Shown: one piece after another, positions 46,884-55,644 of the stretch
Position numbering within the stretch: position 1 is the stretch's first letter
Layout: the number at the start of each line of letters is the position of its first letter
Made by a program: the position numbers and the translations under genes
Source of the DNA: Vicinamibacteria bacterium
Lineage (GTDB): Bacteria; Acidobacteriota; Vicinamibacteria; Fen-336
Direction of reading: 5' to 3'
Length of the DNA: 64,000 nt
Assembly (NCBI GenBank): GCA_025994075.1
Contig: JAMQGV010000012.1
Coordinates: forward strand, 21,948 to 85,947
The notes under the pieces: model-generated
The model's input: only the letters and a program-made list of their open reading frames with translations
What the model was told of the DNA's origin: nothing
Databases searched by the model: none

Positions 46884-49459
46884 CCGCGGCGCACCACGAT
46901 CACCGTCATGTCGTCGTGCTGCGGGGCGCCGGCGGCGAAGGCGTCGGCGGCCGCGATCAGGCGCTCGACCGCCGCGGCGGCCGGCAGCCCCGCGCAGGCG
47001 CGGAAGGCGTCGGCGAGCCGCGGCTCGCCCCACTCCTCGTCCGCCGGGTTCATCGCCTCGGAGATGCCGTCGGTGAAGCCGAGCAGGGCGTCGCCCGGGC
47101 GCAGGGTGGCTTCGCCTGCCTCGTACCCCGCGATCGGCAGCAGCCCGATCACGGGCCCGCCGACCTCGAGCCGCTCGGGCTCGCCGCCTCCGGCCCGGAA
47201 CACCATCGGCGCGTTGTGGCCCGCGTTGACGTAGGCGAGGCGGCCGTCTCGCGGGTCGTACTCGCCGTAGAAGAACGTGGCGTAGCGGTTGGACGGCGAG
47301 GCGTCGTGGATCAGGCGATTCAGGTTGGCCATCAGCGTCGCGAGGTCGGCGCGGGCGCCGCCGATGGTCTGGCTGCGCAGCGAGGCCTGCAGGCTGGCCA
47401 TCAGCAGCGCGGCCGGAATGCCCTTGCCGGAGATGTCGCCGATCGCGACTCCGACGCGGCCGTCGTCGAGGGCGAGGAAGTCGTAGTAGTCGCCGCCCAC
47501 GCCGCGCGCGGGCCGGCAATGGCCGGCCAGGTCGAGGCCCGGGGCCCGCGGCAGCTCGCGCGGGTAGAGCTGCTCCTGGACCTCGCGCGCGATCTCCACC
47601 TCGCGGGTGAAGCGCGCCCGCTGCGCGACCTCGGCGGCCACCTGCTCGGCGAGCTGCGCGTTGTGGAGTGCCAGCGCAGCCTGGGTCGCCACCGAGCGCA
47701 ACAGCCGCACGTCGAGCGGCGAGTACGGCTCTTCGCTCTTCTTCGGCCCCAGCGCGAGGAAGCCGAGCAGGCCCGTGCGCGTCGCGAGCGGAAGCAGCAG
47801 CTCGGAGCCGAGCGCCTCGAGGTGCGGCCGCTCGGCCGCCGCCTCGGGCTGGTTGGCCCAGCTCTCGGGATCGTCGAGGTAGACCCGCGGCGGCTCCTTC
47901 GCCGCCGTGAGGCGGCGCGCGACCGGGCCGTCGGTGTCGAACGATGGCGGCGCACCCGCGTAGCCCACGGCGAACGCCGGCTGCAGGGCCGCGCCCTCGC
48001 GCAGCAGCACGGCCAGTCGCGAGGCGTGGAGCGCGTCGGAGAGCCGGCGCGCCAGGGTGTCCACCACCTTGCGCACGTCGACCAGTTCCTGCAGCTCGTC
48101 CGAGACCTCGCTCAGCAGCCGCTCGGCGTCGTACGCCTCGCGGAAGAAGCGGCGATCGAGCCAGCCCCGCAACCGCTCGCCGGCGCGCCCGAGGACTGCG
48201 GCGAACAGCACGCCGGTCGCGATCGCCTGGATCTTGCGCGGCCGGTTCAGCTCCGGGTCGAGGGCGAGCGCGAGCCCCGCGGTCAGCGCGAGCCCGATGC
48301 CGAGCGCCTGCAGCACGCGGATGCCGCGGCGCGCCAGCGCGTACTGCAGGCCCTGGCGCAGCACGACCGAGATCCCCATCGCGCGCTCGACGACGATCAC
48401 GTAGGCGAGGGTCAGCGGGAGCAGCGCCAGCGCCAGCAGCGCCGGCACCATCAGCAGGGGGCTGACGGAGGCCCAGGACAGGCCGAACAGGCCGTTGGCC
48501 AGCACCAGCGGGAAGATCGGGAGCAGCGCCGCGGTCGCCCCGAAATTGAGCAGACGCAGGCGGCGCCGGTCGTCGGGGTCCTGGGTGGTCCCCATCCGGT
48601 AGCCGGTGATCGCGAAGAAGCTGCCGATCGCCACGTTGCTCAGCACGAAGCGCGGCAGCCGGGCCACCTGCAGCCAGCCGGCCAGCGCGCCCGCGAGGCG
48701 CGGGTGGTCGGCGTCGGCGACCGCGAGCAGCCCGAGCACCAGCACGTCGGCCGCCAGCGGCACGACCACGAGCCACTTGACCCAGGGGTGGCGCTGGTCG
48801 AGCGGCAGCCGGTCCGGAAAGCGCAGCGCGAACAGCAACAGCGCCAGCGGCCAGCTCGCGCCCAGCCCGTGGCGCCAGAACAGCGCCAGCGGCCGCAGCG
48901 GCTCGGGCCAGGCCGAGCGCTGGATCATCTCCAGCTCGCCCATCGCCGTGAAGCCGGTGAGCAGCAGGAGCAGCAGCCAGGCCAGCGGATCGCGCGGGCG
49001 CACCCAGGCGACGCCGAACCCGAGCGCGATCGCCAGCAGCGGAGACAGCAGCACCAGGACGATCAGCAGCGCCCGGTTGCCGCCGTCCAGCTCGGGGCGC
49101 GGCTGCAGAACCAGAGCGACGTCGCGCACGACGCCTTCGCGCGACACCTTCAGCCGCACCACGTCGCCGGCCCGCTTCGCGGCGACCGGAGCGCTCAGGC
49201 TGGCGCGGCCCTGCCAGGGCTCGCCGTCGACGGCGACGATCACGTCTCCCTCGGCCAGCCGGCCGGCGTGGGCGTCGGCCACCGAACGCACGCGGCCGCC
49301 GGCCTCGACCGACAGGCCCGCCCGCGGCAGCAGGTCGGGGGCGCCCAGCAGCAGCCGCAACCCGTCGCGCAGCACCAGCCCCTGCTGGGCGAGGCACAGC
49401 GCGAGCAGGACGAGAAGGGCGGCGCGCCGCCCGTCGATTCCGGCGGTCCGCGGGAGCAT
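46880..49459 (-). CDS. Membrane sensor with PDZ, GAF and PP2C/SpoIIE phosphatase domains
   Basis: True start MLPRTAGIDGRRAALLVLLAL. Periplasmic PDZ (GDVIVAVDGEPW), ~10 TM helices, a GAF domain, and PP2C (GDISGKGIPAALLMA...DDMTVIVV). The stop overlaps the GGDEF-EAL ATG (ATGA). Confidence 0.8.
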   Translation of the reverse strand: MLPRTAGIDGRRAALLVLLALCLAQQGLVLRDGLRLLLGAPDLLPRAGLSVEAGGRVRSVADAHAGRLAEGDVIVAVDGEPWQGRASLSAPVAAKRAGDVVRLKVSREGVVRDVALVLQPRPELDGGNRALLIVLVLLSPLLAIALGFGVAWVRPRDPLAWLLLLLLTGFTAMGELEMIQRSAWPEPLRPLALFWRHGLGASWPLALLLFALRFPDRLPLDQRHPWVKWLVVVPLAADVLVLGLLAVADADHPRLAGALAGWLQVARLPRFVLSNVAIGSFFAITGYRMGTTQDPDDRRRLRLLNFGATAALLPIFPLVLANGLFGLSWASVSPLLMVPALLALALLPLTLAYVIVVERAMGISVVLRQGLQYALARRGIRVLQALGIGLALTAGLALALDPELNRPRKIQAIATGVLFAAVLGRAGERLRGWLDRRFFREAYDAERLLSEVSDELQELVDVRKVVDTLARRLSDALHASRLAVLLREGAALQPAFAVGYAGAPPSFDTDGPVARRLTAAKEPPRVYLDDPESWANQPEAAAERPHLEALGSELLLPLATRTGLLGFLALGPKKSEEPYSPLDVRLLRSVATQAALALHNAQLAEQVAAEVAQRARFTREVEIAREVQEQLYPRELPRAPGLDLAGHCRPARGVGGDYYDFLALDDGRVGVAIGDISGKGIPAALLMASLQASLRSQTIGGARADLATLMANLNRLIHDASPSNRYATFFYGEYDPRDGRLAYVNAGHNAPMVFRAGGGEPERLEVGGPVIGLLPIAGYEAGEATLRPGDALLGFTDGISEAMNPADEEWGEPRLADAFRACAGLPAAAAVERLIAAADAFAAGAPQHDDMTVIVVRRG

Positions 49460-49497
49460 GGGCGAAGCCGCGAGTTTAGCAGCCGGGATGCGCCGGC

Positions 49498-50031
49498 TCA
49501 GGGCAGTTCGAGGATCTCCGGCCGCCAGGCGCGGGGGCCGCTGGCGAGGCCGTGGAGGTGGCTCACCACCTCGACCCGGCGCGGGACCAGCTTCAGCAGC
49601 AGGTAGTCGGCGCTCTGCGCGCCCCCTTCGTAGAAGGGCGCCCACTCGGGCTTGAAGCGGGTGGCGAGCGTGGCGGGGTCGGTGACCCGCTCCGCGCGGC
49701 CGGCGAACGTGACGTAGCCGGGGCCCTTCGGGTCGAAGCAGGAGAGCGTGGCGCGCGGGTCGCGTGCCAGCTCGGCGACCTTGCGGGTCCCCTTGTGGGT
49801 GCCCATCCACGCGACGAGGTCCGCGTCGATCGGGAACACGTCCATCACCCGCGCCTGCAGCAGGCCGTCGACGCCCACGGTCGACAGCGTGCAGAAGCGG
49901 GCCGCGGCCGCGATCTCGCGCGCGGCGCGGCGCACCAGGGCGGGATCGGCCGGGGCCGCGGGCGGAGCCTGGGCCGCGGCGGCCGCGGCCGGCAGCAGCG
50001 CGAGCGCCAGAGCGGCGAAGCGGCGGCGCAT
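49498..50031 (-). CDS. Pyridoxamine-5'-phosphate-oxidase-like FMN-binding split-barrel protein, secreted
   Basis: Signal peptide MRRRFAALALALLPAAAAAAQA. PNPOx-like core (ARFCTLSTVGVDGLLQARVMD). 4 nt downstream of upp. Confidence 0.6.
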   Translation of the reverse strand: MRRRFAALALALLPAAAAAAQAPPAAPADPALVRRAAREIAAAARFCTLSTVGVDGLLQARVMDVFPIDADLVAWMGTHKGTRKVAELARDPRATLSCFDPKGPGYVTFAGRAERVTDPATLATRFKPEWAPFYEGGAQSADYLLLKLVPRRVEVVSHLHGLASGPRAWRPEILELP

Positions 50032-50035
50032 CGAT

Positions 50036-50668
50036 CTACGTCCCGTAGAGCCGGTCCCCGAAGTCGCCGAGGCCGGGCAGGATGTACTTGCGGTCGTTGA
50101 GCTGGCGGTCGAGCGCCGCCGTGTAGATGCGGGCGTCGGGGAACGCGGCCTCGAGGTGGGCGACGCCCTCCGGCGCGGCGACGATCGACAGCAGCCGCAC
50201 GTTGCGGGCGCCCAGCTCGCGCAGGCCTTCGAAGGCCATCGCGGCCGAGCCGCCGGTGGCCAGCATCGGGTCGAGCAGGAAGACGACGGCCTCGTGCAGG
50301 TTCTTCGGGATCTTCTCGTAGTAGCGGCGGGCGACGGCGGTCGTTTCGTCGCGCTCGAGGCCGAAGTAGCCGACCTCGGCCTGCGGCACCAGGTCGAGGA
50401 AGGCGTCGAGCATGCCGAGGCCCGAGCGCAGCACCGGCGCCGCCACCACCCGGGTGGAGATGCGGTGCGCGGTCGTCTTCTCGAGCGGCGTCTCGATCTC
50501 GCGCGGCGCCGTCGGCAGGTCGCGGGTGGCCTCCGCCACCAGCATCAGGGCGACGCGCCGGGCCAGCCGGCGGAAGGCGTCGCGCGGCGTGTCCCTGTCG
50601 CGCAGGCGCGCGAGCGAGTCGTCGACCAGCGGGTGCTTCAGGACGTGGGCTGCCATGGCGAGCGGCAA
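50036..50668 (-). CDS. upp: Uracil phosphoribosyltransferase
   Basis: 210 aa. PRPP-binding (VFLLDPMLATGGSA), YILPGLGDFGDR. Confidence 0.9.
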   Translation of the reverse strand: MPLAMAAHVLKHPLVDDSLARLRDRDTPRDAFRRLARRVALMLVAEATRDLPTAPREIETPLEKTTAHRISTRVVAAPVLRSGLGMLDAFLDLVPQAEVGYFGLERDETTAVARRYYEKIPKNLHEAVVFLLDPMLATGGSAAMAFEGLRELGARNVRLLSIVAAPEGVAHLEAAFPDARIYTAALDRQLNDRKYILPGLGDFGDRLYGT

Positions 50669-50697
50669 GATACCACGCGTGTATACTCCGGGGTCGC

Positions 50698-50976
50698 ATG
50701 CGCCTGACCGAAGACGAGATCGAGTACATCTCGCGCAAGATCGTCAAGACGCTGGTTTCCGGCGGCAAGCTCGAGGTCGACTCCGAGGCCCGGGTTTCCG
50801 GCGAGATCGCGCGGGTGATCGCCGACGAGCTGCGGCTCGAGGACGCGCTCAACGAGGAGGTCCGCCAGGTCCTGCTCTCCCACGCTCCGGAGATGGAGCG
50901 CTCGAACATCGCCTACAGCGAGATGTTCAAGAAGGTCAAGCGCGAGCTGGCGAAGAAGAAGGGGCTGGTCATTTGA
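50698..50976 (+). CDS. DUF507 family protein
   Basis: 92 aa, MRLTEDEIEYISRKIVKTLVSGGKLEV. Lower GC than its surroundings. Confidence 0.6.
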   Translation: MRLTEDEIEYISRKIVKTLVSGGKLEVDSEARVSGEIARVIADELRLEDALNEEVRQVLLSHAPEMERSNIAYSEMFKKVKRELAKKKGLVI

Positions 50977-51257
50977 AGCTGTCCCGCGACCGCTGCGTGC
51001 GGCTGTCCCAGCTCGTCCTCAACTACCTGAATCAGGACGAGGAAGTCGAGTTCTTCGACGACCTGTCCGAGATCCGGCAGCAGATCTTCCGGCTGATCGA
51101 GTCCGAGATGAAGGCCGACGAGGCGATCGACGCCCTGGTCCGCCGCAAGATCGAGACCCAGAAGCGCTCGATCCTCGAGGGCTCGTCGGAGTGGGACGTG
51201 CTGTACCGCAAGTACTACGAAGAAGAGGCCGCCAAGCACCGCAAGGTGATGCCCTAG
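50973..51257 (+). CDS. DUF507 family protein (second tandem copy)
   Basis: TTG start overlapping the previous stop (TTGA). MKLSRDRCVRLSQLVLNYLNQDEEVEFFDD. Confidence 0.5.
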   Translation: MKLSRDRCVRLSQLVLNYLNQDEEVEFFDDLSEIRQQIFRLIESEMKADEAIDALVRRKIETQKRSILEGSSEWDVLYRKYYEEEAAKHRKVMP

Positions 51258-52960
51258 CCCGGCGCCAGCCGCGCCTCGAGCCGCCCGGAGGCGGGTGCGC
51301 GGTCGATCACGAGGTAGCGGTCGCGCCCGATCTCCTGCGTCACGGGCTCTCGCGGCGTGCCGTCGAGCGAGACGGCCGTCGCCGCTCGCCCCGGCGGCAG
51401 CAGGATCGCGAGGCGCGCGGAGGCCGCGCTGCTGCGGTAGTCGAAGCGCAGCGCTTCGGCCGTCTGCCGGTAGTCGTAGCCCGCCCGCACCGGCTCGCCG
51501 GGGGCGCAGGCCTCGAGCCGCGCGTTGCCCGGCCCGAGCCGCGGCTGGAACACGGCGCGCGCCTGCAACGGGCGCTCGGGATCGCGGCTCCAGTCGAGCC
51601 CCAGCAGGCCCTCGAGCACGGCGCCGGCCAGTGCGCCGGCGCTGCCCGCGTAGCGCGGGCTGCCGCGACCTTCGCCGGCCGCCGTGTGCCACTCGTGCAA
51701 CGCGCGCCGCTGCACGGCGCGGGCGGCCAGCGCGCGGACCTGGGCCCGGCCGCGAAGGGCGTCGCCTCCCTCCAGCATCGCCAGCGCCAGGCGCCCCGCG
51801 AACCAGTCCCAGTGGCCGCCGTTCTGGTAGCTCCCCTCCTCGGCCAGGATCGGGTGCCTGAAGAACCCGGCCGGGAACGGCGGGATCAGCGTCACGCCCA
51901 GCACCGGCGCGCCGATCGCCTGGTGCCGGCGCTCGATCTCGTCGAACAGCCGCAGCCGCTCCGCGTCGTCGAGGGCGCCGGCGCGGGCGGCGATCGCGTT
52001 GCCGCCGGTCGCCAGCATCGCGTCGAGGTCGACGGGGCGTGGCGGCTGCGGCCCCGGCAGCAGGCGGTGGACGCGGAAGTAGCCGCGCTGGGGCAGGTAG
52101 AGAGCGTTGCGCAGGTCGATCCGCATGCGGTCGGCCGTGCTGGTCCAGGCCCGCGCCCGCAGCGGGCGCGCCCCGTCGCTCGCCATCTCGGCCAGGCGGC
52201 GGGCGGCCAGCAGCGCCATCGCGTTCGTGTACAGCCCGCCCACCCGCGGCGTGCGTTCGTCGAGATAGATCGCCTGCTGGTCGCCGTGCACGGGCGACAC
52301 GTCGCCCCAGTCGGCGGTCAGCGCGCTGACAACGAGCCCGGTCGGCGTGTCGCGCCGGCCTTCGCTGACCGACAGCAGCGCCGCGTCGAGGCGGTCGAGC
52401 AGCGGCCGGCCCGCCACGCCGGTGTCGAGCCAGATCGGGCCGTAGAGCTCGAACAGGTCCCAGGCCGCGAGCACGGCCGACGACTCCTGGTCGGCCTCGG
52501 TCGTGTTGCGGTCGGCGGTGACGACGTCGGGCCCCCGGCGCCAGATCTCCTCGGCCCGCGGGGCCCAGGGGCGGAACTCGTCGACCGGACCGGCGGCGAT
52601 CCAGTCGTTGAGCGAGGAGTCGGAGCGCTGGTGGGCGAGGTGCTCGACCAGCCACGAGGCGACGCGGTCGCGCGGGTACAGCCAGCGCGCGACCGGCACC
52701 AGGGTCGCGCTGTCGCGGATCCAGATCTGCGGGTAGGCCTCGCCGGCGCCGAAGCCGCGCACCGGCCCGGTGCGGCCCGCGAACTGGCGCTCGTTGGCCT
52801 CGAGCGTCTCCTTCACCAGCGGCAGCAGGCCGTCGAGCCCGGGGTCGCCGGTCCGCCACCAGGTCGTGCAGGCGGGCGCCGGCGGCGGGGGCGGCGGTTC
52901 GGGCGCGCGCGACCCGCAGCCGGCCGCCAGCAGCGCCGCCGCGAGCAGCAGCCGCCGCAT
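51254..52960 (-). CDS. Lipoprotein, putative (alpha/alpha)6 six-hairpin glycosidase
   Basis: Lipobox MRRLLLAAALLAAGC. Glycosidase-like motifs (NGGHWDWFAGRLALAML). Its ATG overlaps the sthA stop by 1 nt. Confidence 0.55.
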   Translation of the reverse strand: MRRLLLAAALLAAGCGSRAPEPPPPPPAPACTTWWRTGDPGLDGLLPLVKETLEANERQFAGRTGPVRGFGAGEAYPQIWIRDSATLVPVARWLYPRDRVASWLVEHLAHQRSDSSLNDWIAAGPVDEFRPWAPRAEEIWRRGPDVVTADRNTTEADQESSAVLAAWDLFELYGPIWLDTGVAGRPLLDRLDAALLSVSEGRRDTPTGLVVSALTADWGDVSPVHGDQQAIYLDERTPRVGGLYTNAMALLAARRLAEMASDGARPLRARAWTSTADRMRIDLRNALYLPQRGYFRVHRLLPGPQPPRPVDLDAMLATGGNAIAARAGALDDAERLRLFDEIERRHQAIGAPVLGVTLIPPFPAGFFRHPILAEEGSYQNGGHWDWFAGRLALAMLEGGDALRGRAQVRALAARAVQRRALHEWHTAAGEGRGSPRYAGSAGALAGAVLEGLLGLDWSRDPERPLQARAVFQPRLGPGNARLEACAPGEPVRAGYDYRQTAEALRFDYRSSAASARLAILLPPGRAATAVSLDGTPREPVTQEIGRDRYLVIDRAPASGRLEARLAPG

Positions 52961-54375
52961 CAGCGGTCGGCCTCGCGCAGCCGGCCGGCGCCGATCGCGC
53001 CCAGCGCGTCGTAGGCCGCGTACTTGTAGGCCTCGCCCAGGGTCGGGTAGTTGAACACGGTGTCGATCAGGTGCTCGAGCGTGCCGCCGTGCTGGAGCTG
53101 GGCCTGGCCGACGTGGATCAGCTCGGAGGCCAGCTCGCCGAGGACGTGCACGCCGAGCAGCCGCCGGTCCTCGCGGGCGACGATCAGCTTCACGAAGCCG
53201 GAGAAGTCGCCGATGATCTGGCCGCGGCTGTTGCCCTCGTAGTAGGCGCGGCCGACCACGAAGTCGAGCCCCTTCTTGGCAGCACTCTCCTCCGTCTCCC
53301 CCACCGCCGCCAGCTCCGGGATCGTGTAGACCGCCATCGGCAGCAGGCTCGAGACCTGGGTCTTGTACTTGAGGCCGAACGCGTGGCACATCGCGACCCG
53401 GCCCTGGTCCATCGAGGTCGAGGCCAGCGCGGGGAAGCCGATCACGTCGCCGGCGGCGTAGATGTGGGGCACGGCCGTCTGGAAGTCGCCGTTCACGGAC
53501 AGGTGACCGCGCGGTCCCGCGGCAAGCCCCGCGCGTTCGAGGCCGAGCCCCGCCGTCGCGCCGCTGCGGCCGGTCGCGAACAGCACGCACTCCGCCTGCA
53601 CGCCGCCGCCGCCCTTGAGGCGCACGGTCACCTCGGGCCCGTCCAGTTCGATGCCGCCCATGCCCTCGTTGCGCAGGACGTGCAGGCCGAGCAGCTCGGC
53701 CTGCAACCGCAGCCGCTCCGAGAGCTCGCCGTCGAGGAACGGCAGCAGCCGGTCCTGGGCGCAGACCAGCGTCACGGTGACGCCCATCGCGCGGAACATC
53801 GTCGCGTACTCGCAGCCGATCACGCCGGCGCCGATCACGACCAGCGAGCGCGGGATGCGCTCCATGCGCAGGATGGTGTCGGAGTCGAACAGCCGCGGGT
53901 CGTGCGGCACGCCCTCGGGCCACGCCGGGCTCGAGCCGGTGGCGATCAGGATGACGCCCGCGCGCAGGCGCTCGACGCCGCCGTCGCGGGAGGTGACCGC
54001 GATCGTGTGCGGGTCCTCGAAGCGGCCGTCGCCGCGGAACAGCGTGATCGCGTGGCGCTCCAGGTTGCGGTCGATCAGGCTCCACAGGTGGCGCACGACG
54101 TCGTCCTTGCGGAACATGAAGTCGGGCACGGTGATGTCGCGCTTGATCTGGTAGTCGATGCCGTAGAGCCCGCGCTGGCGCAGCCCGGAGAAGTACAGCG
54201 CGGTCTCGCGCAGCGTCTTGCTCGGCACGGTGCCGGTGTTGACGCCGGCGCCGCCGAGGTGCGGCTCGCGCTCGACGAGCGCCACCTTCTTGCCGAAGTA
54301 GGCGGCCTGCGCGGCGCCCTTCTCCCCCGCGGGACCGGAGCCGATCACGACCAGGTCGAACTCCTGCGCTTCCAT
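52960..54375 (-). CDS. sthA: Soluble pyridine nucleotide transhydrogenase
   Basis: Closely mirrors the E. coli UdhA sequence as recalled from memory (FDSDTILRMERIPRSLVVIGAGVIGCEYATMF, AAGDVIGFPALASTSMDQGR, TVFNYPTLGEAY). Lacks the redox-active Cys pair of lipoamide dehydrogenases. Confidence 0.85.
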   Translation of the reverse strand: MEAQEFDLVVIGSGPAGEKGAAQAAYFGKKVALVEREPHLGGAGVNTGTVPSKTLRETALYFSGLRQRGLYGIDYQIKRDITVPDFMFRKDDVVRHLWSLIDRNLERHAITLFRGDGRFEDPHTIAVTSRDGGVERLRAGVILIATGSSPAWPEGVPHDPRLFDSDTILRMERIPRSLVVIGAGVIGCEYATMFRAMGVTVTLVCAQDRLLPFLDGELSERLRLQAELLGLHVLRNEGMGGIELDGPEVTVRLKGGGGVQAECVLFATGRSGATAGLGLERAGLAAGPRGHLSVNGDFQTAVPHIYAAGDVIGFPALASTSMDQGRVAMCHAFGLKYKTQVSSLLPMAVYTIPELAAVGETEESAAKKGLDFVVGRAYYEGNSRGQIIGDFSGFVKLIVAREDRRLLGVHVLGELASELIHVGQAQLQHGGTLEHLIDTVFNYPTLGEAYKYAAYDALGAIGAGRLREADR

Positions 54376-54437
54376 GTGCGGCGAGGATCACCCGCGCCCG
54401 GAAGATCGTCAAGGGAGTCGCGGAGCGCCGACGGGTT

Positions 54438-54464
54438 CCGGCGCCGGGATGAACCCGGCGCCGG
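54438..54464. promoter_or_regulatory. 27-bp perfect palindrome CCGGCGCCGGG-ATGAA-CCCGGCGCCGG in the divergent sthA / BON-gene promoter region
   Basis: Read directly from the sequence. It cannot be a terminator because both flanking genes diverge, so it is a candidate operator. Confidence 0.3.
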
Positions 54465-54554
54465 TCCCATGGGGGCTACGTCGCGAACGCGCTCCTCCGC
54501 CCCCAAACCCCCACGGCGGGAGGCGCGGCAATAGAATGTCCGTCAGGAGGGCTC

Positions 54555-55193
54555 ATGCAGCGGCTGATCGGGTTCGTGCTGCTGGTCGTGCTGGTCGGCG
54601 GCGGGCTCTGGTACTGGAAGGGCAAGGAGTTCGGGCTCGAGCCGCCGCGCCAGCTCGGCGAGGTCGGTCGCAAGCTCGAGGGCGTCGCGCTGGCCGGCAA
54701 GGTCAAGGGCGCCCTGGAGCTGAACCGGCGCCTCGCCATCCACCCGATCGAGGTCGCGGCCGAAGAGGGCGTGATCACGCTGCGCGGGCGCGTGCCCGAT
54801 GCCGAGACCGTGGCCCTGGCCGAGCGCGTCGCGGGCGCGGTCCCCGGGGTGCGCCAGGTCGTCAACCACGTCAAGGCGGACCCTGCCCTGGCCGCGATCG
54901 CCGCCGAGGGCGGAGACGGGCGCACGGCCGGCGAGCGGCTCGACGACGAAGCGCTCGCGGTCAAGGTCCGGCTCGCCTTCTCGCTCGACCGCGAGCTCGA
55001 GGGCAGCGACCTCTCGGTGTCGGTGTTCCGCCGCGCCGTGACGCTCGGCGGCGAGGCGCGGACGCCCGCCCAGGCGCAGCGCGCGGAGGCGATCGCGCGG
55101 GACGTGCCGGGCGTCGGCGAGGTCCAGGTCGTGATCCGCCTGCGCGGCCAGGCCCCGCCCGCGGAGGCGACGCCGGAGCCGGCGGCGCGCTGA
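54555..55193 (+). CDS. BON-domain (OsmY-like) periplasmic protein with two BON domains
   Basis: N-terminal TM or signal. Two BON repeats (VITLRGRVPDAETVALAERVAGAVPGVRQVVNHV; VTLGGEARTPAQAQRAEAIARDVPGVGEVQ). Confidence 0.7.
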   Translation: MQRLIGFVLLVVLVGGGLWYWKGKEFGLEPPRQLGEVGRKLEGVALAGKVKGALELNRRLAIHPIEVAAEEGVITLRGRVPDAETVALAERVAGAVPGVRQVVNHVKADPALAAIAAEGGDGRTAGERLDDEALAVKVRLAFSLDRELEGSDLSVSVFRRAVTLGGEARTPAQAQRAEAIARDVPGVGEVQVVIRLRGQAPPAEATPEPAAR

Positions 55194-55245
55194 GTCCGCC
55201 GCGGGCTTGCTAGACTCGCCGCCGACCCGCTCCAAAGGAGGCCCC

Positions 55246-55644
55246 ATGATCCTGGCCCTGCTGCTCACGAGCGCTCTCGTCGCGCAGACGCCCGAGCCCG
55301 CCCAGGCGCCGCCCGCCGTCCCTGCGGCCTCCCCGGCGGAAACCGCCGCGCCGGCCGCCCCGGCAGCCGATGCCGAAGCCCTGATCGAGACCGGGCTCAA
55401 GGCCTTCGCCCGCGCCCGCTACGCGAGCGCCGCGAAGTCGTTCGAGGCGGCGCTCGCCGCGGCACCCGAATCGGCCGCGGCGAACTACTACCTCGGCTAC
55501 TGCGTGTACAAGCTGGCCGAGGGCAAGCGCCGCAACCACCCCGACAAGGCCCGCGCCGCCGAGTTGTTCGCGAAGGCGCTGCAACTCGATCCGCGCTTCC
55601 GCCCGGTGTGGGCGAAGCCGGCCACACCGCCGCCCGCCCAGTGA
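55246..55644 (+). CDS. Small secreted TPR-like protein
   Basis: Signal peptide MILALLLTSALVAQ, an A/P-rich spacer, and one TPR-like helix pair (ANYYLGYCVYKLAEG...AELFAKALQLDP). Confidence 0.5.
   Translation: MILALLLTSALVAQTPEPAQAPPAVPAASPAETAAPAAPAADAEALIETGLKAFARARYASAAKSFEAALAAAPESAAANYYLGYCVYKLAEGKRRNHPDKARAAELFAKALQLDPRFRPVWAKPATPPPAQ

Noticed and set aside
43950-49397. 1815-aa ORF (-) treated as one gene
   Set aside because: Only its 3' part (43950..46883, PAS-GGDEF-EAL) is real in that frame. The upstream part is junk. The true upstream gene (PP2C sensor) is in another frame (46880..49459).
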